A stretch of 64,000 nt of DNA from Octopus vulgaris (GCA_951406725.2 OX597821.1:23498001-23562000), one strand, 5' to 3'; shown: positions 12,700-26,584, numbered from the stretch's first letter. The notes: generated from the letters alone by a model not told the origin. Numbers and translations: made by a program.

Positions 12700-15590
12700 C
12701 TTTGTCAAGTCCATACTTGTTGCAAAGTGCCCTATGGATAATCCTTACTCTTTTGTCATAACGTCTCTTATATTGTTTCTGGACTGGTAATATGCCATAC
12801 GGTTTCACCATTTTGTTAACGAATTCTGCACTTATCACTTTCTGATGTGTTGTCTATTCTGTATTTCATGTAATTGGTTCTTACTGCTTGCTCTTGGACA
12901 GCACAGATTAGAGCCTCCATTTTCGGTTTTAAATCACTTTTAGTCATCCATAGTCATCTTTTTTCTCTGTCTGTCTTCAACATTCCTAAGAAATTGTCCA
13001 TACATTCTTTTCTTTATCCACCCATTTTCAGCTTCATTTATTCTCAAGTCCTTGTACAGTGCTTTATCTTTGCAATCTTCCATCCTACACAAGTCTGACC
13101 TTCTTACTTCCAATATTAAGGCGGCGAGCTGGCAGAAACTTCAGCACGCCGGACGAAATGCTTAGCGGTATTTCGTCTGTCTTTACGTTCTGAGTTCAAA
13201 TTCCGCTGAGGTCGACTTTGCCTTTCATCCTTTCGGGGTCCATAAATTAAGTATCACTTGCGTACTGGGGTCGACCTAATCGACCCCACCCCCACCCAAA
13301 TGTCGGGCCTTGTGTCTAGAGTAGAAAAGAATATTAGTATTGATAGGTTCAATCTTATTCCGTCCGTTTAATTTCAACTTAAGGATTAGTCTCAGTCTGC
13401 GCAAGTACTCCACCTTAAATGTTTTTGTCATTTCTTTTTCCTTCAATTTATCCATTTCCAATATCCCCAAGAACGTATAACCCGTCTCTACTATCTGCTT
13501 CATAACCTCCCCCGATGGTATCGCTAGCCCATATATACATATAATTTTACCTCTCTTCAAGATTAACATACCACACGTTTTCAGTCTGAACTCCATTCTG
13601 ATATCAGCACTGAAAGTATACACCATATCAATGAGGGAACTGACTTGGGATTCATCTTTACCATAAGTTATGATGTCATTCATGAATAACAAGTGGTTGA
13701 ATTTCTGTTGGAGGCTTTTGAATACATATCCAGCTTTTGCTTTACTCGGAATCAGTGTTAGCGGTATCATGCACAGTACAAAAATCAGCGGGGACAGGCA
13801 GTCCCCTTGGAAATGCCTCTCCTGATTTCTATTGTCCCCAAACTTCTTCCATATGCTGTCAGTTCCGTCCTCCACTTCGCCATACTTTTTACAAGCAGTC
13901 GCTCAACATCCGATGAACCAAATGGGTTCATACATTCCATAATCCAAGAATGTTAGTTTTCCTCCTCTTGCCGTCTCTAAGTACAGTTTTGTCTACCAGG
14001 AGTTGATCCTTGCTACCTCTGCAATTATGCTTGCAACCCATTTTCCCCCCAGATGTCCGTACATTGACTATTCCAGTCAATAATTTCCACATAAGTGGCA
14101 AGCAGGATATCGGCCTGTAATTGTCTACCGTATTGCCTTTTTCGATGTTTTTCAAGCACAGCATTGTCCTACCTATTGTCAACCACTCTGGTGTTACTTG
14201 GTCTTTTGATCCAGTAGCCTTGAACTCCATCTGGTCCCGGGGTCTTCCCGTTGCCCTTTTTCTTTTTGCTAATTTCCTTCACTTCCTTTACTAAAATGAC
14301 TGGCTCTGCCTGTTTTGGACAGACTACTTTTTGCTTCAGTTCTTGCAACAATTCAGCATCCTTCTTGTACTCCTTGTCTTTGCTCCAGGTGTCACTCCAA
14401 AACCTCTGACCTTCAATGTTATCTGGTATCAACTTTTCATCTGTACAGTCTCCATTTATTTCTTTGTAGAATCTCTTCTGATCCACTCTGAATAACCTAT
14501 TCTGCTGGTATTCCTTCATTATTTGGTCATATCTTACCATCTTTACTTTCTTTGCAACGCGGCGCTGTTTCAGTTCCTTCATTACCACTTTCAGGCCCTT
14601 TCTTTCAATATCATACTTCCTGTTCAGCGCCCTGTATTTTTGTTCGCTTTTATGCTCCCCTTCTCTTTTCGGTCTGGCACAGAAATGTCCTTCGAGAGCA
14701 TGTCTAACCCCGCCTGCATTCTTCTTTTCCACCATGGATCTTTTCTTTTGCCACTCTCGTTATATTTCTTTTTCTTGACATCAGCACTCACGTTTTCTGC
14801 TACAACAATACTTACTACTTTGATCAAATTGTTTGTTTCTGTGATGTTTTTTGTTCTAATGTATTTCCGAATTTTATTCACATTTTTTGTTTCCTGGTTG
14901 AATTTCTACCGATCAACCTCTTTAAGGTTGCAAATAATGTCGGTATCGTTTTCCTGTAGCCTTGCCTTTATTCCGTCCTAGATTGCCTTTTGCCCAGCTG
15001 TCATCTTACCATTAATTTTATTGTCTTCTTCCAAACTATCTATATGTCTCTCATCGAGCAAGCTATCATGGTTCCTTTCCTGTGGTTTATAAGAGATTTC
15101 ATCTCTGTTTTGTGCTATCATATTTTATCAGTAGGAGCTGTATTTTCATCGTTTCCTCTGTTGCTGTTTTCCGGAACTTATGTGAACCAACAATTTCTTT
15201 TCGTATTGCTCTAGCTTGATCGCATAATCTCTGTTCCGTGAGTTGAAACAATCCTCTTTCTCTCCGTTGATCATACATACGTTGTTGGTATCCCTTAAGA
15301 TGAACACCATTTTCGTCTACGGGGTTTCTCAAGTGGTAACACTCCATGACCACAGCATTGACTTGTTTGTTCCATCTACGCCGTGTGCGTTGGTCCCTTG
15401 CTAGATAACGACAGGCTGGAGTCCGACCAATATCTCTGAGCCTGCCGGGTGCAACACTTTCACTATCAAGTTCTTCAGTTTCATTACCACCGTTATTCAC
15501 AATATTTTGTTTTTTCATTGTCACTCATATGAGGTAGCGATTATCAGGTTGCGTAATTACCAGTGTTTTTACTGACACCATCCCTAGATG
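12700..15590 (-). mobile_element. Decayed R4/Dong-type RLE non-LTR retrotransposon (RT + CCHC knuckle), interrupted by SINE B at 13118-13333
   Basis: Frameshifted pieces: N-terminal TEQRLCDQARAIRK, NYRPISCLPLMWKLLT, FQGDCLSPLIFVLCM, HLLFMNDI; EALICAVQEQAVRTNY and DKCRI..ETVWHITS near 12790-12950; (TAA)n tract upstream. Confidence 0.9.
13118..13333 (+). mobile_element. SINE family B, tail 2, nested in the LINE
   Basis: AAGGCGGCGAGCTGGCAG ... CTAGAGTAGAAAAGAATA. Confidence 0.9.
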
Positions 15591-15729
15591 TATCATCAAT
15601 CAGAGCATAGGAAGATCCCAAACGCTTCCTTTCATTATTATTATTATCATCACTGATATTATTATTTTCATTTTTTTACTATTTGTCATTGTTAATATTT
15701 CCTCTGATCCGACATGAGTTTCGGCTAAA

Positions 15730-15969
<240 letters not shown>

Positions 15970-16004
15970 ACATACACATACATACGTTCAAGCATATGCA
16001 CACA

Positions 16005-16048
<44 letters not shown>

Positions 16049-16213
16049 GACGTACATACATAATTTAATTCACTGTCATTTAAACATGCCATATGGTAAA
16101 ATTGACATGTTTACTGTATTATAGTATTCAGTAAGGCCTGTCTCATAAATAACTATATCACTTGTGAATACAAATACTTGCAAACACACGTGCATATTTA
16201 TACATTATGCTAC

Positions 16214-16216
16214 ATC

Positions 16217-16286
<70 letters not shown>

Positions 16287-16287
16287 C

Positions 16288-16337
<50 letters not shown>

Positions 16338-16346
16338 GTCTATCAA

Positions 16347-16383
<37 letters not shown>

Positions 16384-16424
16384 CCTACCTACCTACCTAC
16401 CTACCTACCTACCTACCTACCTAC

Positions 16425-16463
<39 letters not shown>

Positions 16464-16472
16464 CCTACCTAC

Positions 16473-16507
<35 letters not shown>

Positions 16508-16556
16508 CCTACCTACCTACCTACCTACCTACCTACCTACCTACCTACCTACCTAC

Positions 16557-16607
<51 letters not shown>

Positions 16608-16628
16608 CCTATCTATCTGTCTCTCTCA

Positions 16629-16688
<60 letters not shown>

Positions 16689-16718
16689 TTATTTATCTAT
16701 CTATCTATCTGTCTATCT
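16214..16718. repeat. (TCTA)n/(CCTA)n compound microsatellite
   Basis: Direct reading; source of the YLSI ORFs. Confidence 0.95.
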
Positions 16719-16719
16719 A

Positions 16720-17038
16720 GCACTTCGTCGGTTACGACGACAAGGGTTCAAATTGATTCGATCGACGGAACAGCTGCTCGTGAAGTTAGCGTGCAAGTGG
16801 CTGAGCACTCCACAGACACGCGTACCCTTAACGTAGTTCCCAGAGAAATTCAGCGTGACACTGAGTGTAACAAGGTTGGCCATTTGGATTACAAGTACAA
16901 CTCATTTCTGTCAGCTGGGTGGACTGGAGCAACGTGAAATAAAGTGTCTTGTTCAAGGACACAACACGCCGCCGGGAATCGAACTCTGGGCTTTATGATC
17001 GTGAAACGAATAACTTAACCACTAAGCAACGCGCCTTC
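16720..17038 (-). mobile_element. SINE with family D head and family A tail-1 3' end
   Basis: Head matches 25060-25199; tail matches 17546-17720. Confidence 0.8.
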
Positions 17039-17448
17039 ACACACACATGCACACACACATATGTGTGTGTGCATGTGTGTGTGTGTCTGAGTGTGTGTAT
17101 AAGAGACAGAAAGAGAGAGAGGGGGAGAAACAAAGAGATATACACAGACATACACAGACACACGTTCATTATGATGACCCAGAGAATGGATCTCAATACA
17201 TGCAGTAAAGCATAATTGTATTCATTTGTCTGATGCTCCTCACCCTTACTTTAGGTTTCCCGATTAACCGATCTATGAGACAGCAAATGCTGATCCACAG
17301 TGAAAGGAAAATCTACGTTTGAATTTAAGCCGATAGCCAGATCTCACTGTGTCACATGAGACCCATGTCGGTAATTCACAACTAAAACGGCGTGTTTCTT
17401 AAGAGGAGAAAACTGAATTTCATTTGGTCTGATTTGGCAGTGAACAGT

Positions 17449-17930
17449 TCTTAACGTAGTTCTCGGGGACATTTATTTCTTTCGCTAGGCGGTGACAGAG
17501 AGGAAGTTTCTTCGAATTATACAAATTTATCAATAGACTCTTTTTGAAGCACTCCGTCGGTTACGACGACGAGGGTTCCGGTTGATCCAATCAACGAAAC
17601 AGCCTGCTCGTGAAATTAACGTGTAAGTGGCTGAGCACTCCACAGATACGTGTACTCTTAACGTAGTTCTCGGGGAAATTCAGCGTGACACAGAGAGTGA
17701 CAAGGCCGGCCCTTTGAAATACAGGTACAACAGAAACAGGAAGTAAGAGTGAGAGAAAGTTGTGGTGAAAGAGTACAGCAGGGATCACCACCATCCCTGC
17801 CGGAGCCTCGTGGAGCTTTTAGGTGTTTTCGCTCAATAAACACTCACAACGCCCGGTCTGGGAATCGAAACCGCGATCCTATGACCGCGAGTCCGCTGCC
17901 CTAACCACTGGGCCATTGCGCCTCCACTTA
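17449..17930 (-). mobile_element. SINE family A (17546-17925) plus about 77 bp of transduced 3' flank
   Basis: TSD CAGTGAACAGT at 17438-17448 and 17931-17941; 17469-17545 matches 42205-42281. Confidence 0.9.
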
Positions 17931-18115
17931 CAGTGAACAGTGACGTTTAGCTTAAACGTCAGCAGGGTTTTCGTATCAGGTTTCATGGTTACACAGTATT
18001 ACGAATGTACACAACATCATGTATACAGTAATACATAGTGTACATGAGAATATGTAACTTTTGAAGCCGGACTCTGGGCTGGACTTGTTAGTGCAAGCCA
18101 ACATTTGTTTGTTTG

Positions 18116-18159
<44 letters not shown>

Positions 18160-18357
18160 ATTAAAACGAAGATTGGCCTTAATAGTATTATTTTCAATTC
18201 TGTAACTAACATTGTTTCATTATAACATAAAGAATACATTTTATGAGCAAGAATATTAAGGTTAATAATAATATGAATATAACGAAGTTCTTCATGAAAC
18301 GAAGACAACTTGGATTCTAATCCATTACACGCACGCGCGCACACACACACACACACA

Positions 18358-19226
18358 GAAGAAGAAGAAGAAGAAGAAGAAGAAGAAGAAGAAGAAGAAG
18401 AAGAAGAAGAAGAAGAAGAAGAAGAAGAAGAAGAAGAAGAAGAAGAAGAAGAAGAAGAAGAAGAAGAAGAAGAAGAAGAAGAAGAAGAAGAAGAAGAAGA
18501 AGAAGAAGAAGAAGAAGAAGGAGAAGAAGAAGAAGAAGAAGAAGAAGAAGAAGAAGAAGAAGAAGAAGGAGAAGAAGAAGGAGAAGAAGAAGGAGAAGAA
18601 GAAGAAGAAGGAGGAGGAGGAGGAGAAGAAGAAGAAGAAGAAGAAGAAGAAGAAGGAGAAGAAGAAGGAGAAGAAGAAGAAGAAGAAGAAGAAGAAGAAG
18701 AAAAAGGAGAAGAAGAAGAAGAAGAAGAAGAAGAAGAAGAAGAAAAGAAGAAGAAGGAGAAGAAGAAGAAGAAGAAGAAGAAGAAGAAGAAGGAGAAGAA
18801 GAAGAAGAAGAAGGAGAAGAAGAAGGAGAAGAAGAAGAAGAAGAAGAAGAAGAAGAAGAAGAGGAAGAAAAAGGAGAAGAAGGAGAAGAAGAAGAAGAAG
18901 GAGAAGAAGAAGGAGAAGAAGAAGGAGAAGAAGAAGAAGAAGAAGAAGAAGAAGAAGAAGGAGGAGGAGGAGAAGAAGAAGAAGAGGAAGAAGAAGAAGG
19001 AGAAGAAGAAGAAGAAGAAGAAGGAGAAGGAGAAGAAGAAGAAGAAGAAGAAGAAGAAGAAAAAGGAGAAGAAGGAGAAGTTGGAGAAGAAGATGAAGAA
19101 GAAGAAGGAGAAGAAGGAGAAGGGGAAGAAGAAGAAGAAGAAGAAAGAGGAGAAGAAGAAGAAGAAGAAGAAGAAGAAGAAGAAGAAGAAGAAGAAGAAG
19201 AAGAAGAAGAAGAAGAAGAAGAAGAA
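18358..19226. repeat. Very long (GAA)n/(GGA) polypurine microsatellite
   Basis: About 870 bp; the poly-E/K and poly-F/S ORFs are artefacts. Confidence 0.97.
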
Positions 19227-19269
19227 TGATAGTCGTTGTGACAAGTATAGTGAGAAAACCCGGGCTTGC

Positions 19270-20905
19270 CTATGAGTTTGCCAATAGCAAGATGAAAATA
19301 AATCAGCTGCTCTAAATGGATGACTGCAAGACATATACAAAACTACCAAAAACGCAACAGGCCTGAATTCTCTAATCCAAACAGTGAGAGTATTCAGTAA
19401 AGACATTGCAATGGAATTTGGGGTAGATAAATGCGCTGTACTAATTATGAAGATAAAGTGCGGTGGCATAAAATTACCACAAGATAACGTCTTTAGATCG
19501 CTGTGGAATAATGAGAGGATACAAATACGTAGGAGTGCTGCAAGGCGATAAGATAATAGAAAGAGAAAAGAGAAAGTCACTACAGAGCACGAGAGGAGAA
19601 TTAGAAACGTACTCAAAATACAATTAAATGGAGGGAACATCATTAAAGCCATAAATACACGGGTTAAACTAGTGTTGAGATACTCAGCTCCCTTTCTGAA
19701 ATAGACAAATTTCGAGCTGCCAAACCTGGTTAAAAGAACCATAAAGCTGCTAACAATGCACAACGCACCCCGTCTTCAAAGTAATACCGACCGACTCTAT
19801 CAACCACGGAAGGAATATGGCAGATTATTACTAAACGCAGAATACACTGTTAGTACTGCGATACTGAGTCTGAAAAATTATGTTGGGCTGAGTAAAGAAA
19901 GATTACTTTCGGCAACAAGAGATACCCAGAATGTGGCTGGTAGAGTAGGACAATTCAAAGAGAAAAGGAAAAACAACAAGCCAATGGAAAGAAATGGAAC
20001 TACGTACATGGCCAGTTCATGCAATAAACCGAGAAAGCTGGAAGCAAAGATCGCTTGTTGGCTGAGTGTGTGGCTTCAGAGCAGCAGAAAAGTGAGAATT
20101 ACAAGATCTTGTGGAGGGCTGCACCCTTGCCTTCTTTGGAGGAGGTGAGTCACGGTGCTTTCCACTGCATTGACTGGGCTTTGGTCTCGGGATCATAGTG
20201 ATGGACCCAGGTTTCATCCTGTGTAATCAGTCTTTTGAAAAATTTTGATTCATCTTCCGACCATGTTTGAATTCACGATGCCAGCGTTTTACAAGGTCAT
20301 ATGATGGAGCATCATCACCACAAGTTACTTTAATTTCATCAAAAGTCTCCCGTGGTGTGCGTTCTTTCAAATACAAAAACCGGATCACTGCTCGACACTC
20401 GACAAGCTCCATTTCACACTTGACTCAATTCAAACACCTGTAAATCAGAAACCACAATTAGTTCAGAGCTGTAATTTGCTACTTAATTTATAGAGATATA
20501 AATAATTACAAAATGAGAATTACAAGATCTTGTGGGACTTTGCTGTAAAGACTGACCATACTATTGAGGCAAGGGGACCAGACATGTTTAAAGAGTGTAA
20601 AATACATAGAGTAAGATCCTAAGTTTTGCAATTTCGTATGACAGCAGAAAAGATACCAAAGAAATTGAAAAAATTAAGAAATATCAGGATCTACCCAGTG
20701 AGTTGAGGTGAGTGTGGAAGTCAAACACAACAATTATTCCTGTAGTAATTAGTTCACTTGGTGCAATACCCAAATTGTTGCCTAAAAGACTGAAAGAGAT
20801 TGCAAATGAAACTCGCACTGTCGAACTGTAGAAAAGTACCACCTTAAAAAAGATTCTCGAGGTTTTAGAAGACTTGTCGCCAAATTTCAAGATAAAATAC
20901 CTTGG
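19270..20905 (+). mobile_element. Decayed R4/Dong-type RLE LINE, 3' portion, with (TAT)n tail
   Basis: INQLL*MDD, LIQTVRVFSKDIAMEFGVDKC, DRLYQPRKEYGR, ENYKILWDF..TDHTIEARGPD, KYQDL, IIPVVISSLG. Confidence 0.88.
20115..20513 (-). mobile_element. Mariner transposase 5' fragment (HTH + DETW motif) inserted in the LINE
   Basis: MELVECRAVIRFLYLK..APSYDLVKRWHREFKHGR and DETWVHHYDPETK..PPPKKARVQPS; flanked by a 22-bp direct repeat. Confidence 0.85.
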
Positions 20906-20913
20906 TAACTAAA

Positions 20914-20962
<49 letters not shown>

Positions 20963-20973
20963 GTTGTTGTTGC

Positions 20974-21005
<32 letters not shown>

Positions 21006-21186
21006 CATTCGGTTGTTAATCCTGGAGTTTACTCTGCTAAGCTCATCCACAGTAACAGGCTCTAATACAGGCAGTAATCCGGAGATTGATAGTTTTATCA
21101 AGCTGATGCCTAAAAGTCCATAAATATCGACTGCTTTTACAATTACAAACTAGAATGAGCTCGGTCACTTCATTCTACACATATGT

Positions 21187-21218
<32 letters not shown>

Positions 21219-21508
21219 CTAGCAGTATCGCACGGCGTTGCTCGGGTTTGTAAGGGAAATAACTATATAAACATTTTTAGAGAGTTATAGCCAAAAAATA
21301 GCAAAAAATAGCAAAAAATGCATTAAAAATGGGAAAAAAATTATGGTAAATTTTTTTTAAAATCGTAGACTCATCGTAGACGCGCGCTAATACCCAGAAG
21401 GGCTCGATATGAATCACGACTATAAGATACCCGGTTTTGGTTACACTGCACCGCAAAATGTGGGAGTAGTTAGGACTTTAAATCGTAGGAGACAGACATA
21501 CAACTTGA

Positions 21509-21520
<12 letters not shown>
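21219..21520 (-). mobile_element. Non-autonomous Helitron
   Basis: 3' hairpin CCCGAGCAACGCCG(T)G followed by CTAG; same family as 49473-49869. Confidence 0.85.
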
Positions 21521-21555
<35 letters not shown>

Positions 21556-21560
<5 letters not shown>

Positions 21561-21675
21561 CGCAAACATACGCGCGTACATGAATATATATGTATGTGTA
21601 TATATAGAGTGTATATATATTATTATTATGTATAATAATATGTATATATTATTATTATGTATAATAATGTGTATA

Positions 21676-21709
<34 letters not shown>

Positions 21710-21748
21710 GACATATATATTCATGTACGCGCGTATGTTTGCGCTAAT
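21556..21748. repeat. Perfect 38-bp inverted repeat around a TA-rich spacer
   Basis: 21556-21593 is the exact reverse complement of 21711-21748. Confidence 0.9.
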
Positions 21749-21865
21749 TTGTATTCACCAGTGACATGTAGATATTCATGAGACTGGGTTTTCTGAATAT
21801 TATACAGCAAATGTGTCAGTTTGGCCATATGGTATGTTTAAATAACTGAGTATGCACACACGAGC

Positions 21866-21912
<47 letters not shown>

Positions 21913-22055
21913 TATTATTTATGGCGATAATAGGTAGATGGTGATGATATTGATAATGATTGTTTCATTTATGTAGCCACTGAAGGCAATAATCTGTAAG
22001 TTCTATAGATGCAGACAAAATATATGTATATACAAAACATTAATATTTACAAGTG

Positions 22056-22140
<85 letters not shown>

Positions 22141-22182
22141 TTGTGTGTGTGTATGTGTGTATATATATATAATATACATATC

Positions 22183-22237
<55 letters not shown>

Positions 22238-22305
22238 CGTATATATATATATAGTGAGGCATAACATATAGAACGTATATGCACATATATATGCATATAT
22301 ATAAC

Positions 22306-22374
<69 letters not shown>

Positions 22375-22483
22375 TATGCATCTTTATATATAACCTTTAT
22401 GTACATATATATGCATATATATGCACACATATATATGTATACATACATATATATATATATATGTACACATATATATATGTATA

Positions 22484-22519
<36 letters not shown>

Positions 22520-22600
22520 TACATACATGCATTCATACTTATAGAGAGAGAATGGGAGAAATTGATAGATCTACGGGGGTGTGTGTGTGTGTGTGTAAAC

Positions 22601-22649
<49 letters not shown>

Positions 22650-22975
22650 CACACACACATTTATATACAACCATACATGTATCTACATATGCATGTATAC
22701 ACGCATGCACACACACACACACACACACATACACACGCTACACGTACACGAGTGCACTCACGCACGCAGCACACGGCATTCTCACTTGCACATTAGACTC
22801 TGGATTACTATAAAACAGTCGGCGGTTAGAAGTAAAACGGTAAATGAGAAGTGGAGTGTCATTGCATCAGCCGGTGTGAGGAGTGTGAGATGGAAGCTTA
22901 AGGTACGGGGGCGGGATTCGCCTATTACAGAGAGGGAGAGAGAATGAAAGTTAGAGAGAGAGAGAGAGAGAACGG

Positions 22976-23015
<40 letters not shown>

Positions 23016-23238
23016 TGTAGGGAGTGTGTGAGAGAGAGAGGAAACACTGATGTGTTGCGAGTCAGCTTGACCTTCAGGTAAAACGTAGTTGGTGGTTTCG
23101 ATATAAACGCATACACACGCAAGAACACACGCTTATGCTCATGTGTGTGTGTGTGCGCGTATGTGTGTGTGTGTGTGTGTGTGTGTATGTCTGCGTGTGT
23201 GAATGTGAACCTGTGAGCGTATGCATGTATATATAATG

Positions 23239-23528
<290 letters not shown>

Positions 23529-23741
23529 TGGGGAGAGTCATACTGCTTTAACGCTTTAATATGTAACACACTCACCGGTTCAATTTCCACTCATTGATTA
23601 TTTATAATATTTGTTTCCTTCCAAAAGTTTCGTTCCTTAAGGCAGTATGAGTCTTCCCGAACACAACAAAATTTGCTTCAACACACGAATTCACATAGAG
23701 AATCTTACAAACCAGATGCGAAAACGAAGTATATATACGTA

Positions 23742-23800
23742 CAGTGGGGGGGAAATAAATATTCGTACATGTCAAAATTTTTTATTTATGAATATAAAGA
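23742..23800. mobile_element. Tc1-like TIR fragment
   Basis: TA-CAGTGGGGGGGAAATAAATATTCGTACATGTCAAAATT, same terminus as 51229. Confidence 0.7.
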
Positions 23801-24044
23801 TATATCTGATACATTCTGGGAAAATGACTTGTTACTGCATCGTCCCTCTATACACCTTATACTATAGACTACATTTCTGGCTTTACAGTTTGTTTGTGGG
23901 CTAAATCTACATACAGTACAGTACTTATCCGTACAGGGGGTTCTACTAAAAGGATAGGTTCAACCAATTATAGATTTGATAGGGTTGCTGGGCTTTTCAA
24001 CAACCTTAATCCTTAGCTTAAGTTTGTCTAGGGTCCTTCTATAG

Positions 24045-24160
24045 AACACTATAGAAAGGACAAAAAAGAAAATAGGGAAGGCCAACTCTTGGTATGATAA
24101 CCATGAATACCAGAGTGTCATGTTCGTTGACACCACCCCTGGAGGTGAACTGGGTACCGC
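24045..24160 (+). mobile_element. Possible Penelope-like element ORF fragment
   Basis: Translates as SWYDNHEYQSVMFVDTTPGGELG, reminiscent of the PLE post-RT 'VMFVPxTPGGEL' motif (from recall). Confidence 0.45.
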
Positions 24161-24411
24161 TTTTCTCAGGAACTATTAGATCTGACACCGTATATTAACC
24201 GGTGTTGTTCAAACGATGAATAGCCTACGCGTAAACCAATTGGTTCGTTTTGTTCTCTTACTTTATTATTATTATTATCATCTCATAATAATCACCTTTA
24301 TGACTCGTATTACTACCTCAGTCAATCTAAATGTATATATTTGTCACTACCTGTCATAAATAGCCTTTTTCTATCTGCAATATGCATTTTCGTTGATTTT
24401 TCATATTTTAC

Positions 24412-24484
<73 letters not shown>

Positions 24485-24815
24485 TACATGTATATACGTG
24501 TGCGAGAATGCTTGCACGTATTCCAGGTTAGACATCTGATTCCCAGAGACCAGCTACGAGTAAGTAACCCACTACATAATCCGGGTGTCAGTCCCTAAAT
24601 CAGCAACTCTGCTAAACTTGCATTGCGAGGAATTTGGACAGCTTGCAATATGTAGAATACTTGTCAAAAGGCAGAGGAACTCAAGGGATTCAAGAGCCAT
24701 TCAAGAATGTGTATATATACACGCATACATATGCACACTTGCATACATGTATGTATGTATGTATGTATGTATGTATGTATGTATGTATGTATGTATGTAT
24801 GTATGTATGTATGTG

Positions 24816-24858
<43 letters not shown>

Positions 24859-24860
<2 letters not shown>

Positions 24861-25199
24861 TGTCTTGACCCCCTTCGGTCACGACACTGACCATGGGATT
24901 GCACCTAGAAAGTACCCTCCTAGTTACAAGTCTGGACAAGGTGGTTTATGGAAGACCAGCAGTCGCCCATGCATACCAGCCCCCCCTCTCCACGCCACCA
25001 GTGTTATCCAAGGGAAAGGCAAAGGGGCCAATACAGCTTGGCACCCGTGACGTCGCAACTCATTTCTTCAGCTGAGTTAACTGGAGCAACGTGAAATAAA
25101 GTGTCTTGCTCAAGAACACAACACGCAGCCCGGTCCGGGATTCGAGCTGACAACCTCACGATCGTAAGCTCGACGCTCTAACCACTGAGCCATGCGCCT
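24859..25199 (-). mobile_element. tRNA-derived SINE family D
   Basis: Head AGGCGCATGGCTCAGTGGTTAGAGCG..TCGAATCCC, core GTGTTCTTGAGCAAGACAC. Confidence 0.85.
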
Positions 25200-25702
25200 A
25201 TGTATATTTATATATATATTGTTAAATTTTCTAATAACCCTAAATTTAGGTTAATCAACACTGCCGAACCCAAGTTAATTACATTTAACAAGGAAAATTC
25301 AATTTCCATTTTACATAGGAAAAACACTTACAATATCTCTCCCGTTATGGTGCAACAACACCTTCATCATATAATGATTTGGCGGCATTTCGTTTGCTTA
25401 GATTCTTGCTTTCATCGTTCACTCTCAATCAAGAGAAAAATGCCTATAAACCTTTATAAGTTCTCCGATAGAGGTGGGAAGGGGGGAGTGCGAGATGTAG
25501 GTATTCTCAAACCTTACTCAAAGTCTTGCTAGAAGATATCCGCTAAAAGCTGCGTAAGGACCAAGTGGTTGTGTTTAAATGGGCACTGGGCGACGTATTA
25601 GGACTACGCACCATGTACGTCATATCGGGATTTGAAGTTAAAATGCAAGAAGCCAGCAAAAACATCACAAGGTGTGTCGTCCGATGGATCTAACAATTTT
25701 GT

Positions 25703-26098
25703 AAGGCGGCGAGCTGGCAGAAACGTTTGCATGCCGGGCGAAATGCTTAGCGGTATTTCGTCTGTGTTACGTTGTGAGTTCAAATTCCGCCGAGGTCGAC
25801 TTTGCCTTTCATCCTTTCGGGGTCGATAAATTAAGTACCAGTTACGCACTGGGGTCGATGTAATCGACTTAATACCTATGTCTGTCCTTGTTTGTCCTCT
25901 CTGTGTTTAGCCCCTTGTGGGTAATAAAGAAATAGGTATTTCGTCTGCCGCTACGTTCTGAGTTCAAATTCCGCCGAGGTCGACTTTGCCTTTCATCCTT
26001 TCAGGGTCGATAAATTAAGTACCAGTTGCTTACTGGGGTCGATCTAATCGACTGGTTCCCTCCCCATAAATTTCGGGACCTATGCCTAGAGTAGAAAA
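25703..26098 (+). mobile_element. SINE family B dimer (full unit with tail 1 + 5'-truncated unit with tail 2)
   Basis: 17-bp TSD GGATCTAACAATTTTGT at 25686-25702 and 26099-26115. Confidence 0.92.
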
Positions 26099-26141
26099 GG
26101 ATCTAACAATTTTGTGTATTTGCCGGCTTGTTTAGTTTACC

Positions 26142-26194
<53 letters not shown>

Positions 26195-26584
26195 AACACA
26201 CACACGCAAATATATTACATACATCATCAACATATTTGATTACGTCTCCATCAATTTCACACATCAGTTGTGTTTTTCGATTTTGTTTACGTCCTCATCT
26301 CTCTCTCTCTTTCTCTCTTTCTCTCTTTCCCTCTCTCTCTCTCTTTTTCTCTCCCCCCCCTCTCTCTCTCTCTATCTGCCTGTCTGTCTGTCTGTCTGTC
26401 CGTCAAACTGTCTGTTTATGTCTGACTGCCTATCTGCGTATTTATCCACTTTTCTATTTATGTTACACACACGCACGCACATACACTCGCGCGCCCGAGT
26501 TTTGTGCATTGTCCTGCGTGTACCTGAGAAAACAAAAGTCATGGTAGAAGGAAAGGAGAAAGCAAATATTAAATTCATATTTTA

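Noticed and set aside
15530-15620. 5' ribozyme of the R4/Dong-type LINE
   Set aside because: Only a doubly mutated core-like pattern; no convincing HDV-like or hammerhead fold
17976-19763. 595-aa and 321-aa ORFs (poly-F/S, poly-E/K)
   Set aside because: Translations of the (GAA)n tract plus antisense LINE sequence
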